A DNA stretch of 64,000 bases from Podarcis pityusensis (lineage: Eukaryota). The notes under the pieces were generated by a model. It ran no database searches. It was not told the origin of the DNA and saw nothing but the letters and a program-made list of their open reading frames with translations. The stretch lies in assembly GCA_964106645.2 (NCBI GenBank), contig OZ067038.1, one strand, 5' to 3'. The position numbers and the translations under genes are program-made. The number at the start of each line of letters is the position of its first letter. The first letter of the stretch is position 1. Below are positions 40,899 through 52,805 of this stretch, in pieces.

Positions 40899-41620
40899 CT
40901 ATATAAATCCAGAATAATTCACTGTAGCTTATCTAGTAATGTTGTTGTTTGATTTCTACTTACAAAATGGTGCACTTTCCCTTCGTTTTTTGTAATACAC
41001 AAAATACTTGTAGGCGTACCTCTGTAATGCAATACATTTCCTTCATTAAAAGACTCGTTAGGAGGAAAAGCAGTATTTTCTCCCTTTTGGGTGGTGGCTT
41101 GCTAGAGTTTATCCAGTTGGTTTTTGTGCGTGTTTGCATTTTGTCTTTAAAAAAGAAAAGTGTGAGCATGGTTAGTTCCAAGCTACACACCCTTCTAAAA
41201 TTTAACACTCAATTCTTTAGAAGCAAGAATAGTTTGTTTCTTCCCTCTTGTCTTTTTTATAGCCTTCTCATAGCCTACAGGGTCCGGTTGTGGCCAGACA
41301 CATAAAGGTTGAAATATTCTCAGGAATGCTGATTTAGCAGCTTTTCTGTTCTGACTTGTAAGTGCTGGAATTCCTATAAGAAGAATTAGCTCAGCTTCCA
41401 GAATCTGAACAAAAAGTGGAATGTTATCTTTTGATTTGGAAAAAACTATTTCCTCCTACTGTCTATAACATAGTAGCAACGTTTAGAAATGGCATGTTCC
41501 AAGAATGTAAGGTGTTCTGAGGATGAATTGGAAAAAGTAAATAAACTGAAACAACAACAAGTTGGCCACAAGTCCTAAACAGGTTTAAGGTGAAAGCTCC
41601 ATTAAATACAGTGAGATTTA

Positions 41621-41873
41621 TGTTATGTACTGAAGTTCTCACCCTGGGCTAGCAGGGGGATACTGTAGATAGTTCAGGTCCACATATGCAAATAAGGGAT
41701 CGAAAGTGACGTTCAGTGATTGGATAGTTACAGAAAATGGTTACTGTTGCGTTCTAGTGGAGCTCTATATAAGCAGGCTGGCTGAACCCTTCAGTTCTGT
41801 TCTGGCCTGTGAATAAACAAGAGCTGTTTGAAGAATCGCTGTGTCGTCTGATATGTTCACCCACAACTTAACA
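41621..41873 (+). mobile_element. Solo LTR (253 bp)
   Basis: TGTTA...TAACA termini, perfect 5-bp TSD ATTTA (41616-41620, 41874-41878). TATATAA at 41766 followed by AATAAA at 41812. Confidence 0.85.
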
Positions 41874-41895
41874 ATTTACTTCTGCATAAATATAT

Positions 41896-42422
41896 GGAGA
41901 AGGGCTGCAGCTGAGTGATAGAGCATCTGCTTGCATGCAGAAGGCCGCAGGTTCAGTCCCCAGCATCTCCAGGTAAGGCTGGGGGAGACTCCTGCCTGCA
42001 ACCCTGGATTGCAGCTGCCAGTGTAGGCAGTGTAGGCAGTAATGAGCTAGATGGGCCAATAGTCTGACTCAGTACAGTGGTGCCTCGCAAGACGAAATTA
42101 ATCTGTTCCGCGAGTGTCTTCGTCTAGCGGTTTTTTCGTCTTGCGAAGCAACCCTATTAGCGGCTTAGCGGATTAGCGCTATTAGCGGTTTAGCGGCTAT
42201 TAAAGGCTTAGCGGCTTAGCTGCTAAAAGGCTATTAGCGGCTTAGCGGCTTAGAAAAAGGGGGGGGAGCGAAAAAAAATCTCAAGACTCGCAAGACATTT
42301 TCGTCTTGCGAAGCAAGCCCATAGGGAAATTCGTCCTGCGAAGCAACTCAAAAACGGAAAACCCTTTCGTCTAGCGGGTTTTCCGTCTTGCGGGGCACCA
42401 CTGTATATCAACTTCCTATGTA
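41896..42422 (+). mobile_element. Squam3-type tRNA-derived SINE interrupted by a MITE
   Basis: Head ggagaagggctgcagctgagtgatagagcatctg...ggttcagtccccagcatctcca. The 3' end gactcagTA|MITE|TA..caacttcctatgt is split by the insertion. Confidence 0.8.
42075..42403. mobile_element. Tc1/mariner-type MITE with an internal TTAGCGG(C) tandem array
   Basis: 20-bp TIRs (CAGTGGTGCCTCGCAAGACG, 19/20 match), TA TSD, CpG-rich. Confidence 0.9.
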
Positions 42423-42829
42423 CTGATGCACAGGATCCAGAGTTGTAAACTCATTGAAAATAATAGATGACATTTAGGTCTAGCACAAATGTAACAGTTT
42501 TCTAATACATTGCCTAAGTCTGAGTGCTTCACCCCCTGTTCTGTTCTTCCTTGCACGTGAATTCCTCCCCCTTTTAACTTCCAGTCCTAACCATGGTTAG
42601 CATTTATTTATTTATTTGTTCATTGTTTAAGAAAATGTCTTTACCACTCAATTGTCAGAAAACCTCTAAGCGGTTTACAAAAAACATAAATAAAAGTTTA
42701 TTGATAAACAGTTAGGAACAGGTATTTAAAAATATTCAAAAGATGATTATACATGCAGTTCCGTCAGGTGGAAATGTATCAACACCTACCCTGTGATGTT
42801 GTGGATGCACCATGTATTTTGTTGGTAAA

Positions 42830-43810
42830 GCTGGGCTGGCCTACATCTGTCTCGGGAGACAATGGAAGAGTGCGCCTTTGGCAATAAAGTCAAAGCATTG
42901 GAGAGTTACATCGCCTGCTGTGGCTGTAGAGACCGATATGGGAGAGACATGTTTTATTGCAGATGGGACAGATGGAAGTGCCTGGTTTGCTACTACAGGT
43001 ACACCATGGCGTTTCTGCTCTCTGCACTCCTCCCAGCGTCATTCCTCCTCTGGTCACTGTTGTCGATACATTAATAATATATAATAATAATAATTTATTA
43101 TTTATACCCCACCCATCTGGCTGGGTTTCCCCAGACACTCTGGGCGGCTTCCAACAGAATATTAAAAACACAATAAAACCTCAAACATTAAAAACTTCCC
43201 TAAACAAGACTGCCTTCAGATGTCTTCTAAAAGTCAGATAGTTGTTTATTTCGTTGACATCTGATGGGAAGGCGTTCCACAGGGCGGGCGCCACACCGAG
43301 AAGGCCCTCTGCCTTGTTCCCTGTAACTTCACTTCTTGCAGTGAGGGAACCGCCAGAAGGCCCTCGGAGCTGCATCTCAGTGTCCGGGCTGAACAATGGG
43401 GGTGGAGACACTCCTTCAGGTATACTGAGCTGAGGCTGTTTAGGGCTTTAAAGGTCAGCACCACACTTTGAATTGTGCTCAGAAACAGGGAACCAATGTA
43501 GATCTTTCAGGATCGGTGTTACATTACCTGCCTGTCTGTTTCCAGGCATTGCAATCATCTGCAAGGGATTCCCATACGGTGGGGTTAATGTTGCCAGCCT
43601 TCATGTCACATTTGCGGACAACCTTGTAACACACAATTATTCTGCCAACAGGCCCGTAGAGCATGTCCTTGGGGACCCTGTCATCTTCTATTCTGTGGAT
43701 ATGAGCAAGCCAGCATAGACATCACTGAGACAGAAGTGTGAACATGCTGAGCATGTGGGCTTGGGAGAGCACATCTTTGTTTGAGACTCTGTCCTGCCAT
43801 GTGATGCCCG
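42830..43810 (-). mobile_element. RTE-clade LINE fragment (family A) split by an L2 insertion
   Basis: CPICNKTCLSHIGLYSHSRRC on the minus strand. Homology to the 9.2-9.5 kb copy resumes after 43520. Confidence 0.75.
43074..43519 (-). mobile_element. L2-type LINE 3' end
   Basis: Minus strand VLTFKALNSL..YLKE and RAFSV.AP.LWN.LP motifs, (TAT)n tail. Same 3' end at 57165-57233 (+) and 60345-60480 (-). Confidence 0.85.
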
Positions 43811-44544
43811 GAATCTTCTTGACACATATTTAATCATGTGTTCAGTGGTGGATTGCTCTGAAAGGCTAGGATCAAGCGCCACATTTGTACCAGCTTTTAC
43901 GATCACCTACCATTCTGACTTCTGTGCAGAAGTCTTGACTTTAAAAATCTGGCTTCAAAGAACACGGAATGCAGTTCTAGATTTCAGCTGGCTTGCTCAC
44001 TTTTGACCTGGGCTTATTCATCCTTTTCCCTTTCTCCTCTAGTGACGTAAAACATCCATATTATGTTCCCTCGTGGCTCAGCCATTACTTTTGCAGCACA
44101 GACCATGTAAAACAGTGCATTTCTTTGTCTTCCTATTCCACTTCCAATTCATTTCATAGAAAGAAATGAGGCTATTATAAGAAAGTCAATTCATTAACCT
44201 TCACAAGTGGCATTTTAGACTTTGAGGCCAACATTGTTCTAGAATTATGACAAGTACCACTGTTGAAGAACTAACTTGTCCACTAAAACTCACTTTTACC
44301 TGGGTGACTGCTGCCACTGCATTTCTCCCCTTCTTCCACCACCCTCTACTGCTGCCACCCCTGCAGCAGTAGAAGCTTACAGGTTCATACTCCGTCCCAC
44401 AGCTTCTCTCCTTCCTCTTCATTGGGCAGACAAAGAGGTGGGCCTTACTATGGCCACTTACCACTTCTAATAAGTAGGACTGCTGGGTTTTGGTTATTTG
44501 AAGAGGTGGGTGGCCCATAGCCAGACAGTGTACTCCCGACTGAA

Positions 44545-45233
44545 GCGTTTGAGAACCAGGACATTCGCAGGGATACCAAAATGCTTGTTTACAAAGCTAT
44601 TGTACTACCAACCTTGCTGTATGCTTGTGAAACATGGACCACTTATAAACGCCATCTCCAACTCCTCAAAAGATTCCATCAACAGTGTCTCCCAAAAAAA
44701 CTGCATATCACTTGGGAAAGGAAGACAGGTGAACTAATGCCAGTGTACTGGAAGAAGCAAAGATCACCAGTGTCGAAGCCATGATTCTTCAACATCAACT
44801 TTGTTGGACTGGTCATGTTGTTCAGATGCCTGATTATCGTCTTCCAATGCAACTACTATATTTCAAATTTAAAAATGGAAAGTGTAATGCTGGTGGTCAA
44901 CAAAAGAGGTTTAAAGACTCTCTCAAGGGAAATATTTTTTAAATGTAGTATAAACACCGACAATTGGGAAACTCTGGCGTGTGAGCGCTCCAATTGGAGA
45001 ACAGCCTTTACCAAAGGACTTTGAAGATGCTCAAACTCAGGACGAAACATGCTTTGGAAGGAACCTGTGGCAAACCCTCACCATGATCAGCTCCCGCCCA
45101 GAAACCTATGTCCCCACTGTGGAAGGACTTGTGGATCCAGAATTGGCCTCCACAGTCACTTACGGACTCACTGTTAAGACCATGTTTATGGAAGACAGTC
45201 TTACTTGAGTGATCGCCAAAGAAGAAGAAGAAG
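44545..45233 (+). mobile_element. RTE-clade LINE 3' portion (family B)
   Basis: MLVYKAIVLPTLLYACETWTTY and terminal CPHCGRTCGSRIGLHSHLRTHC, with frameshifts and a (GAA)n tail. Confidence 0.88.
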
Positions 45234-47378
45234 TTGTTATTGTCAAGGCCTGACTCCTCCTTTACATTCCTGCTATTCTAACATGGTATGTGTGTGAGAG
45301 ATTCACTGCAGAACACACTCTATGATTCCTTATGTTCCAGCCGGGTTCTGCTTATTAGAGGAGGAAGGTAGCCGTACCCTGGGGCAGGATGCTGCTTAGT
45401 CACACACACACCATCCTGCTGCCCAAGACATGTGCTCCCTCTTGTCTCCCCTCTGTCTGGGCCTGGTTGTTTGTTGCTAACACTGAAGCAGTCTGCATTG
45501 TGATATAATTGGTCCTAAGAAACTACCAGAGAATTTAACACATTTTTAGCTTTTCTGCTTCATTTCCAGTGGTTTGTGATGTGCCCCCAAATAAGGCATT
45601 TTATTTGTGATTTAGTTGGTGCTATGTGTGGCTCTATTCTTTTCTCTGTTTTTTAAATCTTTTAATTACCTCTCTTCCTCTTGCTACTGTGCAGCAGTTC
45701 ACCCAATGGTGAACAGCAATGCTCTGCATCATTAGGAGACACTCACTGAGGGCTGGGTAGGGATTTGGAATTGATGGACTCATAGAACCAACATGGCAAA
45801 TTGTTCCACTGAATCTTGTTTGCCTTGCTGCTATAGCAACAGTCTGAGACCATTATTATTTTTATCCTGTGAAGTTGTTCAGAAGAGCCTGCCTTGCAGA
45901 TGGCTGTGTTGTCTGCGGTATAATTGCTTTTCAATGAAGCATCTTCATCCTGGAGAAAAAGGAGCAGATGCAAAGCAGAGACTTGAAAGAGAAGGTATAA
46001 TTGTCAAAAAAGGAGGTATGGTGGAGGAACACTCCCAGTGTATATCGGATCAGCAGAGGAGTGTTGTCTTGCTTGAGAACACCGGGATAAAGCAAGATGT
46101 TTCTAGATTTAATTAATCAGATTATCTGAATGATCGCTTACATCCATGTGAACCTGCTGACATGGCATTGACATCTTTGAAGGCTCTACTCTCTGGTCTG
46201 TCACTAGAGAAGCTTAGGTTGGCCAGGTACTTCTCAATGGGGCCTCACAATTGGTGGAATTCACTTCTCTGGGAACTCTCATTGGTAACTCTCTTCTGTC
46301 TCCATCAAAACATCTTTAAGACTGCAGAAAGAAGAAACGCCATGGTACACCTGCATCAGCACAACCAGGCATCTTCAGCTGCCAAAAACATTCCTCTCCC
46401 ATACTGGTTTCTACAACCACAGCAGGCGCTGTAACTCCCACAACCATTTGACTTTACTCCTGAAGATGCACTCTTCCATTGTCTCCCAAGACAAGACAGA
46501 TGCTAACCAATGCATTTTTACTCTGCAACACCATATTACATTGGTCATACACATTTTATTACATTTTTTAAAAATTATCTGTTGTGGTGGTATTTTGAAA
46601 TGTTATCACTTTTCTGTTAGCTTATTACGCCTCTACTCAAAGATCTGATTTGTTACTAGACTGAGAGCAAAGTGTTGTATTTAATATTGAAAGCTCTTAA
46701 CAACTTGGGACCAGTTTCCTTGCAGGATCACCTCATGCTATGTGTGCCCACACAACTTCTTTAATATGTGGAACTTAGTCTGTATCTGTGAGGAAACAAT
46801 ATTTTAGTGTGGCAGCACCCGTGCTCTGAAACTTCCTGCCTGTCGACATCAGGCAGGTGCCTTTATTGTACTGTTCTAGACACCTGTTAAAAATATTTTT
46901 GTTTTGGAAAGCCTACCCAGACATGTAAACTTAACTCTTCTTCCTTTATTAGCACCCAACAGCCCATTAAAATATTTTATAACAACTGACAGTTACACTT
47001 GATAACTTTAATAAAAATACACAGTAATACAGCTGAGAAACACAGAATTAAAATACTAGACCACACACACAATCAGGCAATCGTAAGAGGTCTAATAAGG
47101 AAAAACTTTGCCACATTTTCGTGATTATTTGGATTATTAGAGACTAAGAAGGACCAGTAGGGAAGGGTTGACTGTTGTCAGGTGTAACATAAGTGGCACA
47201 TGCTGCAGGTTTTCCTATCTGTCTTCAGCCTGTGCTGGTTGAAGGTAATGTCCATTGGAACAATTGGAACATTTCAGTGTTCTTGGCAAATCACAGCTGA
47301 AAGTGGTACAACAAATGACTGCTTTCTATAATACTATACCAGTAAGTTTTTGCTGTGGCTGAATGCCAGATTATAGAT

Positions 47379-47514
47379 CAGGCATAGGCAAACTCAACCC
47401 TCCAGATGTTTTGGGACTACAACTCCCATCATCCCTGACCACTGGTCCTGTTAGCTAGGGATGATGGGAGTTACAGTCCCAAAACATCTGGAGGGCCGAG
47501 TTTGCCTATGCCTG
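47379..47514. mobile_element. 136-bp near-perfect palindromic hAT-type MITE
   Basis: TIR CAGGCATAGGCAAACTC / GAGTTTGCCTATGCCTG. 8-bp TSD TTATAGAT/TCATAGAT (1 mismatch). Confidence 0.88.
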
Positions 47515-49237
47515 TCATAGATAATCTGAACACTCCCAGTTGCAGAACAGAACAGGGTAGCATAGCAGTTTGTATTGCAGTTGTTGAGCCCAGGGGTCTG
47601 TAGCCAGGATTAAAAATCGAGGAGTAACATGTCTCCAACGCCTAAAAGGAAATTAGATGTCGTTGTTTGTGGTGTGAAATGGAGAAGGAAGCATGGATTT
47701 CCTGTCTACTTCTCACCATGCAGTCCCAAAGTAATTATCAGATCTTGTTCCTGGATATTATGAATTGCTCATTCTTGAATCATGTGGTTCTTTTGCAGGT
47801 CAGCTTTGTCCTGAAATCATAGGCTTGGTACTTACTTTTTCCTTTTCATGAACTTCCTCCCTTCCTTATGTGCTCATGTTGTCTATAGGAGAAGGTGAGC
47901 GTTGAATGTTGTGAGAGAGGAAACAGTGGCCTCTTGCCTAATTCCGCTTTCTGGATTTCTGTGATGTGACCCCTGGTAATCTGATGAACTTGTGTAGCTT
48001 TGTGTGTGCACAAATAAAAGGAAGCCAACAAAATCCCAAGTGACGAATGGAAGATAATAGTCCGATATTGGCTTCTGTTAATTTCCTGCCATTGTGAGTG
48101 GCTGCTTTAGTCATTGTGAGACTTTATTATTGAGGTTTGTTTGATTGATGGGCACCCATGTCAGAGAAGGGTCCCAAGTTAAGGCAAGAAGGTTGCCTTT
48201 CCTTCAGAGATGAAGGTCAGGGGATGAATAGCTCTCTTGTTATGAGTGTTGCATCATCAACACACATGTCCTTCACTCTTTTTTGGAGCCTTGAGGTCTG
48301 GGCTGCAGAGATTTCAGTAAATGTAAATAAGATGCAGTGTTTCTGTTCCCAAGTGTCCCAGGTTCCCAAGGAGGGGAATAATGGGATGCGTGCAAGCAGC
48401 CTGGTTCCAGGCTCAATTGCTCTATAATCATGCAAACTTACAAGTAGTGGTTCCCAGGCGCTTGGTTTTGTCTGGCAGTAGAGAAAGCAAAATAGAGCCT
48501 CTTGACTTACATTATTGCTGCACCTTGCCCAAGTTGCCAGAGTGACTTCTTTTTGGTTCCGTTATCTCAATGGTTCTTAGACCCCAGCCTGGCTTCTGGA
48601 GACTGAGGAAATACATTTTCCCACCAACCAAGAAAATGTTCACGTTTTTGTGTTCTGAGAAAAGGTAACTGTCCCTTCAGTTGAAATCTTACATAATCAT
48701 ACATTGCTCCCGTGCAACAAAAAAGTTACAGTGATGCATTTTATGCAACAAGTGAGTAAAAACTGTGTGTGTGTGTTTTGAGGGAATGGGAATTTGGAAA
48801 GGTCCTCATTTCCAGGGAAGGTTCCTTCATTCTGAAACACTTGCTGTTAAGGAAGAAGTAACAGAAAGGTGGAACGGGCTAGAGCTAAGATGTAAAATAT
48901 ACATGTTGCAAAAGATCTCAGATTCGACCCCTGGCAAGTCCAAGAAGGAGATGAGAAGGTCTTCTGCCTGTGATCTTGGGGAGCAACTGCTAGTCAGTTT
49001 AAATAATGCCAAGCTAGATGGATCTGTGATCTAGCTTGAAACAGATTCATATAATTGTGTCCCGCTTAGACCTATTAAGAAGTATCAAAGTGGTGCAGGG
49101 GGAAAAAATGCAAAATACAACAAAACAAAGAATAAAATTTTATAATCAATTTCATATCAGTCAAAATAAAGAAGAGGAGCAGAACAGAAACAACAGCAGA
49201 GCAAATCTCAGTAAAAACCACAATTACAATTGCAGGA

Positions 49238-49720
49238 CTGCACTGGCTGCCAGTTAGTTTTCGGCCCAATTCAAAGTGCTGTTTTTGACTTATAAAGCCT
49301 TAAATGGCTCAGGACCACAAGACCTCAAGGACCACCTCTCTCCATATGAACCTACCCAGACCCTTCTTCATGTGCCTCCTCTATGTGAGGTCAAGAGGGT
49401 GGCAACATGAAAATGGGCCTTTTCTGCAACGGCTCCCACCTGTTTTTGGTTTGAGGTTCGGCTAGTGCCTTCATTATACACATTTAGGCACCAGGTGAAA
49501 ACGTTCCTCTTCAACCAGGCCTTTGGCTGATTTGACATACAATGCCCTTTTAAATGTGTTGTGGGAGGGGAGATTATTGGTTTGGTTTGGTTTGGTTTGG
49601 TTCTTATTTTTATCATGTCTTTTGTGGTTTTTATATTGTAATTTTATGTTGTGAACCGTCCTGAGATCTAGAGATGAAGGGTGGCATACAATTTTTAAAA
49701 ATTTATTTATTTATTTATTT
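49238..49720 (+). mobile_element. L2-type LINE 3' end
   Basis: LHWLPVSFR(AQ)FKVLFLTYKALNGSGP motif, then 3'UTR ending in (TTTA)n. Confidence 0.82.
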
Positions 49721-49968
49721 GTCAGCTTTAGAAAAGCAGTGTTTTGCATGCTGGTTAAATTTCCACTGCAGGGAGTTCCAGGCCCCTAGCAAGGCTACCA
49801 AGAGGACCATGTCTCTCCTGTGACAGAGAGCAAGGGGTTTGAAACTGATCTGAATGGCTAGGCAGGTTTATATAGAAGCAGGCAGACTCTGAGATAACTG
49901 GGTCCAAAGCTGCTTAGAGGCAGATCCTAGGGCAGAGATGGGGAAACTATGGTCCTACAGGTGTTATA

Positions 49969-50194
49969 CAGTGGTACCTCGGGTTACAGATGCTTCAGGT
50001 TACAGACTCCGCTAACCCAGAAATAGTACCTTGGGTTAAGAACTTTGCTTCAGGATAAGAACAGAAATCACGTGGCGGTGGCATGGTGCCAGTGGGAGGC
50101 CCCATTAGCTAAAGTGGTGCTTCAGGTTAAGAACAGTTTCAGGTTAAGAACGGACCTCCAGAACAAATTGAGTTCTTAATCCGAGGTACCACTG
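49969..50194 (+). mobile_element. Tc1/mariner MITE, copy 2, nested in a hAT-type MITE (about 49933-50293)
   Basis: TA-CAGTGGTACCTC...GAGGTACCACTG-TA. The host arms cagagatggggaa...ttccccatctg lie on either side. Confidence 0.88.
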
Positions 50195-50349
50195 TACTCC
50201 CAATTCCCATTAGCCCCCCCCCACACCAGCACAACAGAGATGATGGGAGATGGAGTCCCACAACATTTGCAAGGCCACAGGTTCCCCATCTGTCCGAGGG
50301 GAACCTGCGTGTGTGTTTATGTACTGTTCCAGAAGCTTGAGGGCTACTG

Positions 50350-50750
50350 AGTCGGTGGAAGAAGATTGGAAAAGGTTTAAAGACTATCTACAGAAATATT
50401 GCAAAATTAATGAATGTTAGAATGATGTTGGATAGAAATTAAGTGGTTTTTAGTTGTAATATTATAAGGGAATATGAAAAATGGATTATTAAAAGGTTAA
50501 AATTCAATGTCACAATATTTTAAGATTAAAGATTAGGATAAAGAAAGAGGGGAAGGATTTGCTGAACTAACAAACTGAATTGGAATACAAAAAAGGGAGG
50601 CGCGAGGAGGTCCGGGAAACAAGCCAATGAAAGATAAGTAATGGAAAGATTGAGTTGTTTTTAACTACTTTTATTTTGTATTTTTTCTTTTTTCTTTTTT
50701 CATTTTGTAATATTTTGAAAATTTTAATAAATATCTTTTAAAAAAAAAAA
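50350..50750 (+). mobile_element. Young 5'-truncated L1-type LINE (ORF2 end, 3'UTR, polyA)
   Basis: Perfect 20-bp TSD CAGAAGCTTGAGGGCTACTG (50330-50349, 50751-50770). ORF end SVEEDWKRFKDYLQKYCKINEC*, AATAAA, then an A-tract. Confidence 0.88.
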
Positions 50751-51498
50751 CAGAAGCTTGAGGGCTACTGTGGGTGAGAAGTCAGGAGGGCAGGGGCTGG
50801 AATCAGTGGTTGATCAATAAAACTTCTGTTCTCAAAATGAATCACTATAATCTCCGAGAAATAGTCTGCTTCTGGATGAACTGCAGGAGCTGGCCACGAG
50901 CCCTGCATAACAATTGAGGAGGAAGCGCCTGCAGTTCAGTCCATGGCATACACATGCCCAATTCTGTGTTAAATGTGGGCTGGAGCCCAAAAGAAGATGC
51001 TACTGGTGAAATGCCTGAAGCTACGATGGTGGGAAGCAATTCCAGTATGTTTGTTCTAAGTGACGTTCCACCCATGTTACCTGGCACAGGCTCAAAGCAG
51101 TGCGAAAGCTTCCCAGAGCAGAAGCAGATGGTCTCTGAACAGGTCTTCTTTCCCACTGTAAAGAAGACTTGGAAGGTCAGTCCTGCCCTGAGTCAGTTTG
51201 TTAAAATTGCCAGACTGTGCCAGAATTTTGTCTACGCTACAGCTGTCATTGGTAAATCTGCTGGTGAGATGTTGTTGTTTGGCTTTTGGACTGTGACCCA
51301 GGAAAGAAGGAGAGAACACAATGTGACAGGGATGGTTGCTTTCCAGTGGAGAGAGAAGCAACCATGAGGACTTCTTTTTTGGGTAGAACCATTATGCTGT
51401 AGTGAGTATTAGCCTTAGGTGTGGTTCAGATCAGAGAAGAAGCTCATTACAGGGCTACCTGAGTATGTAGAACTACAAATGTGACTATATTGTAGACT

Positions 51499-51563
51499 CT
51501 GAAGAGTTGGAAGGGACCCAACGGTCATCTAGTCCAACCCCCTGCAATGCAGGAATCCCAGCT
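51499..51563 (-). mobile_element. CR1 3' terminal fragment (similar one at 59062-59126)
   Basis: gagttggaagggaccc...gtcatctagtccaacccc ctgcaatgcaggaatc is the reverse complement of the CR1 end at about 11180-11240. Confidence 0.75.
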
Positions 51564-51576
51564 ATATCCAGTCCCA

Positions 51577-51644
51577 GAAAGAAAGAAAGGAAGGAAGGAA
51601 GGAAGGAAGGAAGGAAGGAAGGAAGGAAGGAAGGAAGGAAGGAA
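51577..51644. repeat. (AAGG)n microsatellite
   Basis: Directly visible. Confidence 0.95.
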
Positions 51645-52611
51645 AACTGGGTAGAGAAGAGGTAAGGGTGGAGAAGCAGTGGAGAAATGCCCCAAATTGG
51701 GCTGGACTATATTTTTTTTTTGGGGGGGGGGGTGAACAAATTCCTATGCCCCACAAATAACCCAGAGATGCATTTTAAATAAAAGCACACATTCTACTCA
51801 TGTAAAAACACGTTGATTCCCGGACTGTCTGTGGGCTGGATTGAGAAGGCGATTGGGCCGCATCTGGCCCACGGGCCTTAGGTTGCCTGCCCCTGTCATA
51901 GATGCACATTTGAAACCTTCACATGGGGAAAAGCTGCTGGCGAAGCAGTTTGGTGCAGGGAACTAGTAAACGAGAAAAGAGTCCAGTTCCTTCACATTTC
52001 TGCTCTCAATCATTGCTTCCCAAGCAGCTTTTTCCAACCATGGGGTCAGGGCTCTATTGCACAGATATGTGGAGTCGAAGCACTTAATATCATTTTCCCC
52101 TACTACAACTGCATTTATGGAACATTTTCTGATTCTCTTCTGTGGTGTCTTCATTGTACTCTTTCTTCTTATAGACCCCATCAAACCCTAAGTAATTTCT
52201 CTGACATTTGGCTGTAAAGTTTTCATACATCAACACCATGCTTGTAAACACCACTGTTCTCATTATATGGGATAATGAGTTATATTTGTCCTGCTCTGGG
52301 TTATTATAGTGTGTAGCCACTAGTTCAGCTACTTCTTAATTTATGGGCAATATAAAGCAAACAAAAATGAAATTGAATTATCTCTCTATCTGAACAAAAT
52401 GTCCATGGTGATAGCTTTAAAGTTTATTACTGCAAGGAAGAATGGACATAATTTATGGCCATAAATTATATGCTAGTCTGTTCTGCCTAGCATTTTAAGA
52501 TTGTTGTTCATATTCAAGGCAGCTGTGCCTAGCTCAGCTAGGCAGCAACCTTGCAATAACTTGACAAGTGGGAAATGATAAAAATGCTGGCTCCACTTAT
52601 CTATATTAATC

Positions 52612-52805
52612 TCTTCTTCTTCTTCTTTGGCGATCACTCATAGCTGAGTAAGATTGTCTTCCATAAACATGGTTTTAACAAAGAGTCCGTAAGTGACTGT
52701 GGAGGCCAGTTCTGGATCCACACGTCCTTCCACAGTGGGGACATAGGTTTCCGGGCAGGAGTTGATCAAGGTGAGGGTTTGACAAACGTGCCTTCCTCTT
52801 AGCAG
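52612..52805 (-). mobile_element. RTE family B 3' fragment
   Basis: Reverse complement of about 45050-45233, including the (CTT)n tail. Confidence 0.85.

Noticed and set aside
42156-42252. Telomere-like or CRISPR-like array
   Set aside because: The unit is TTAGCGG(C), not TTAGGG. There are no unique spacers, the context is eukaryotic, and it lies inside a MITE.
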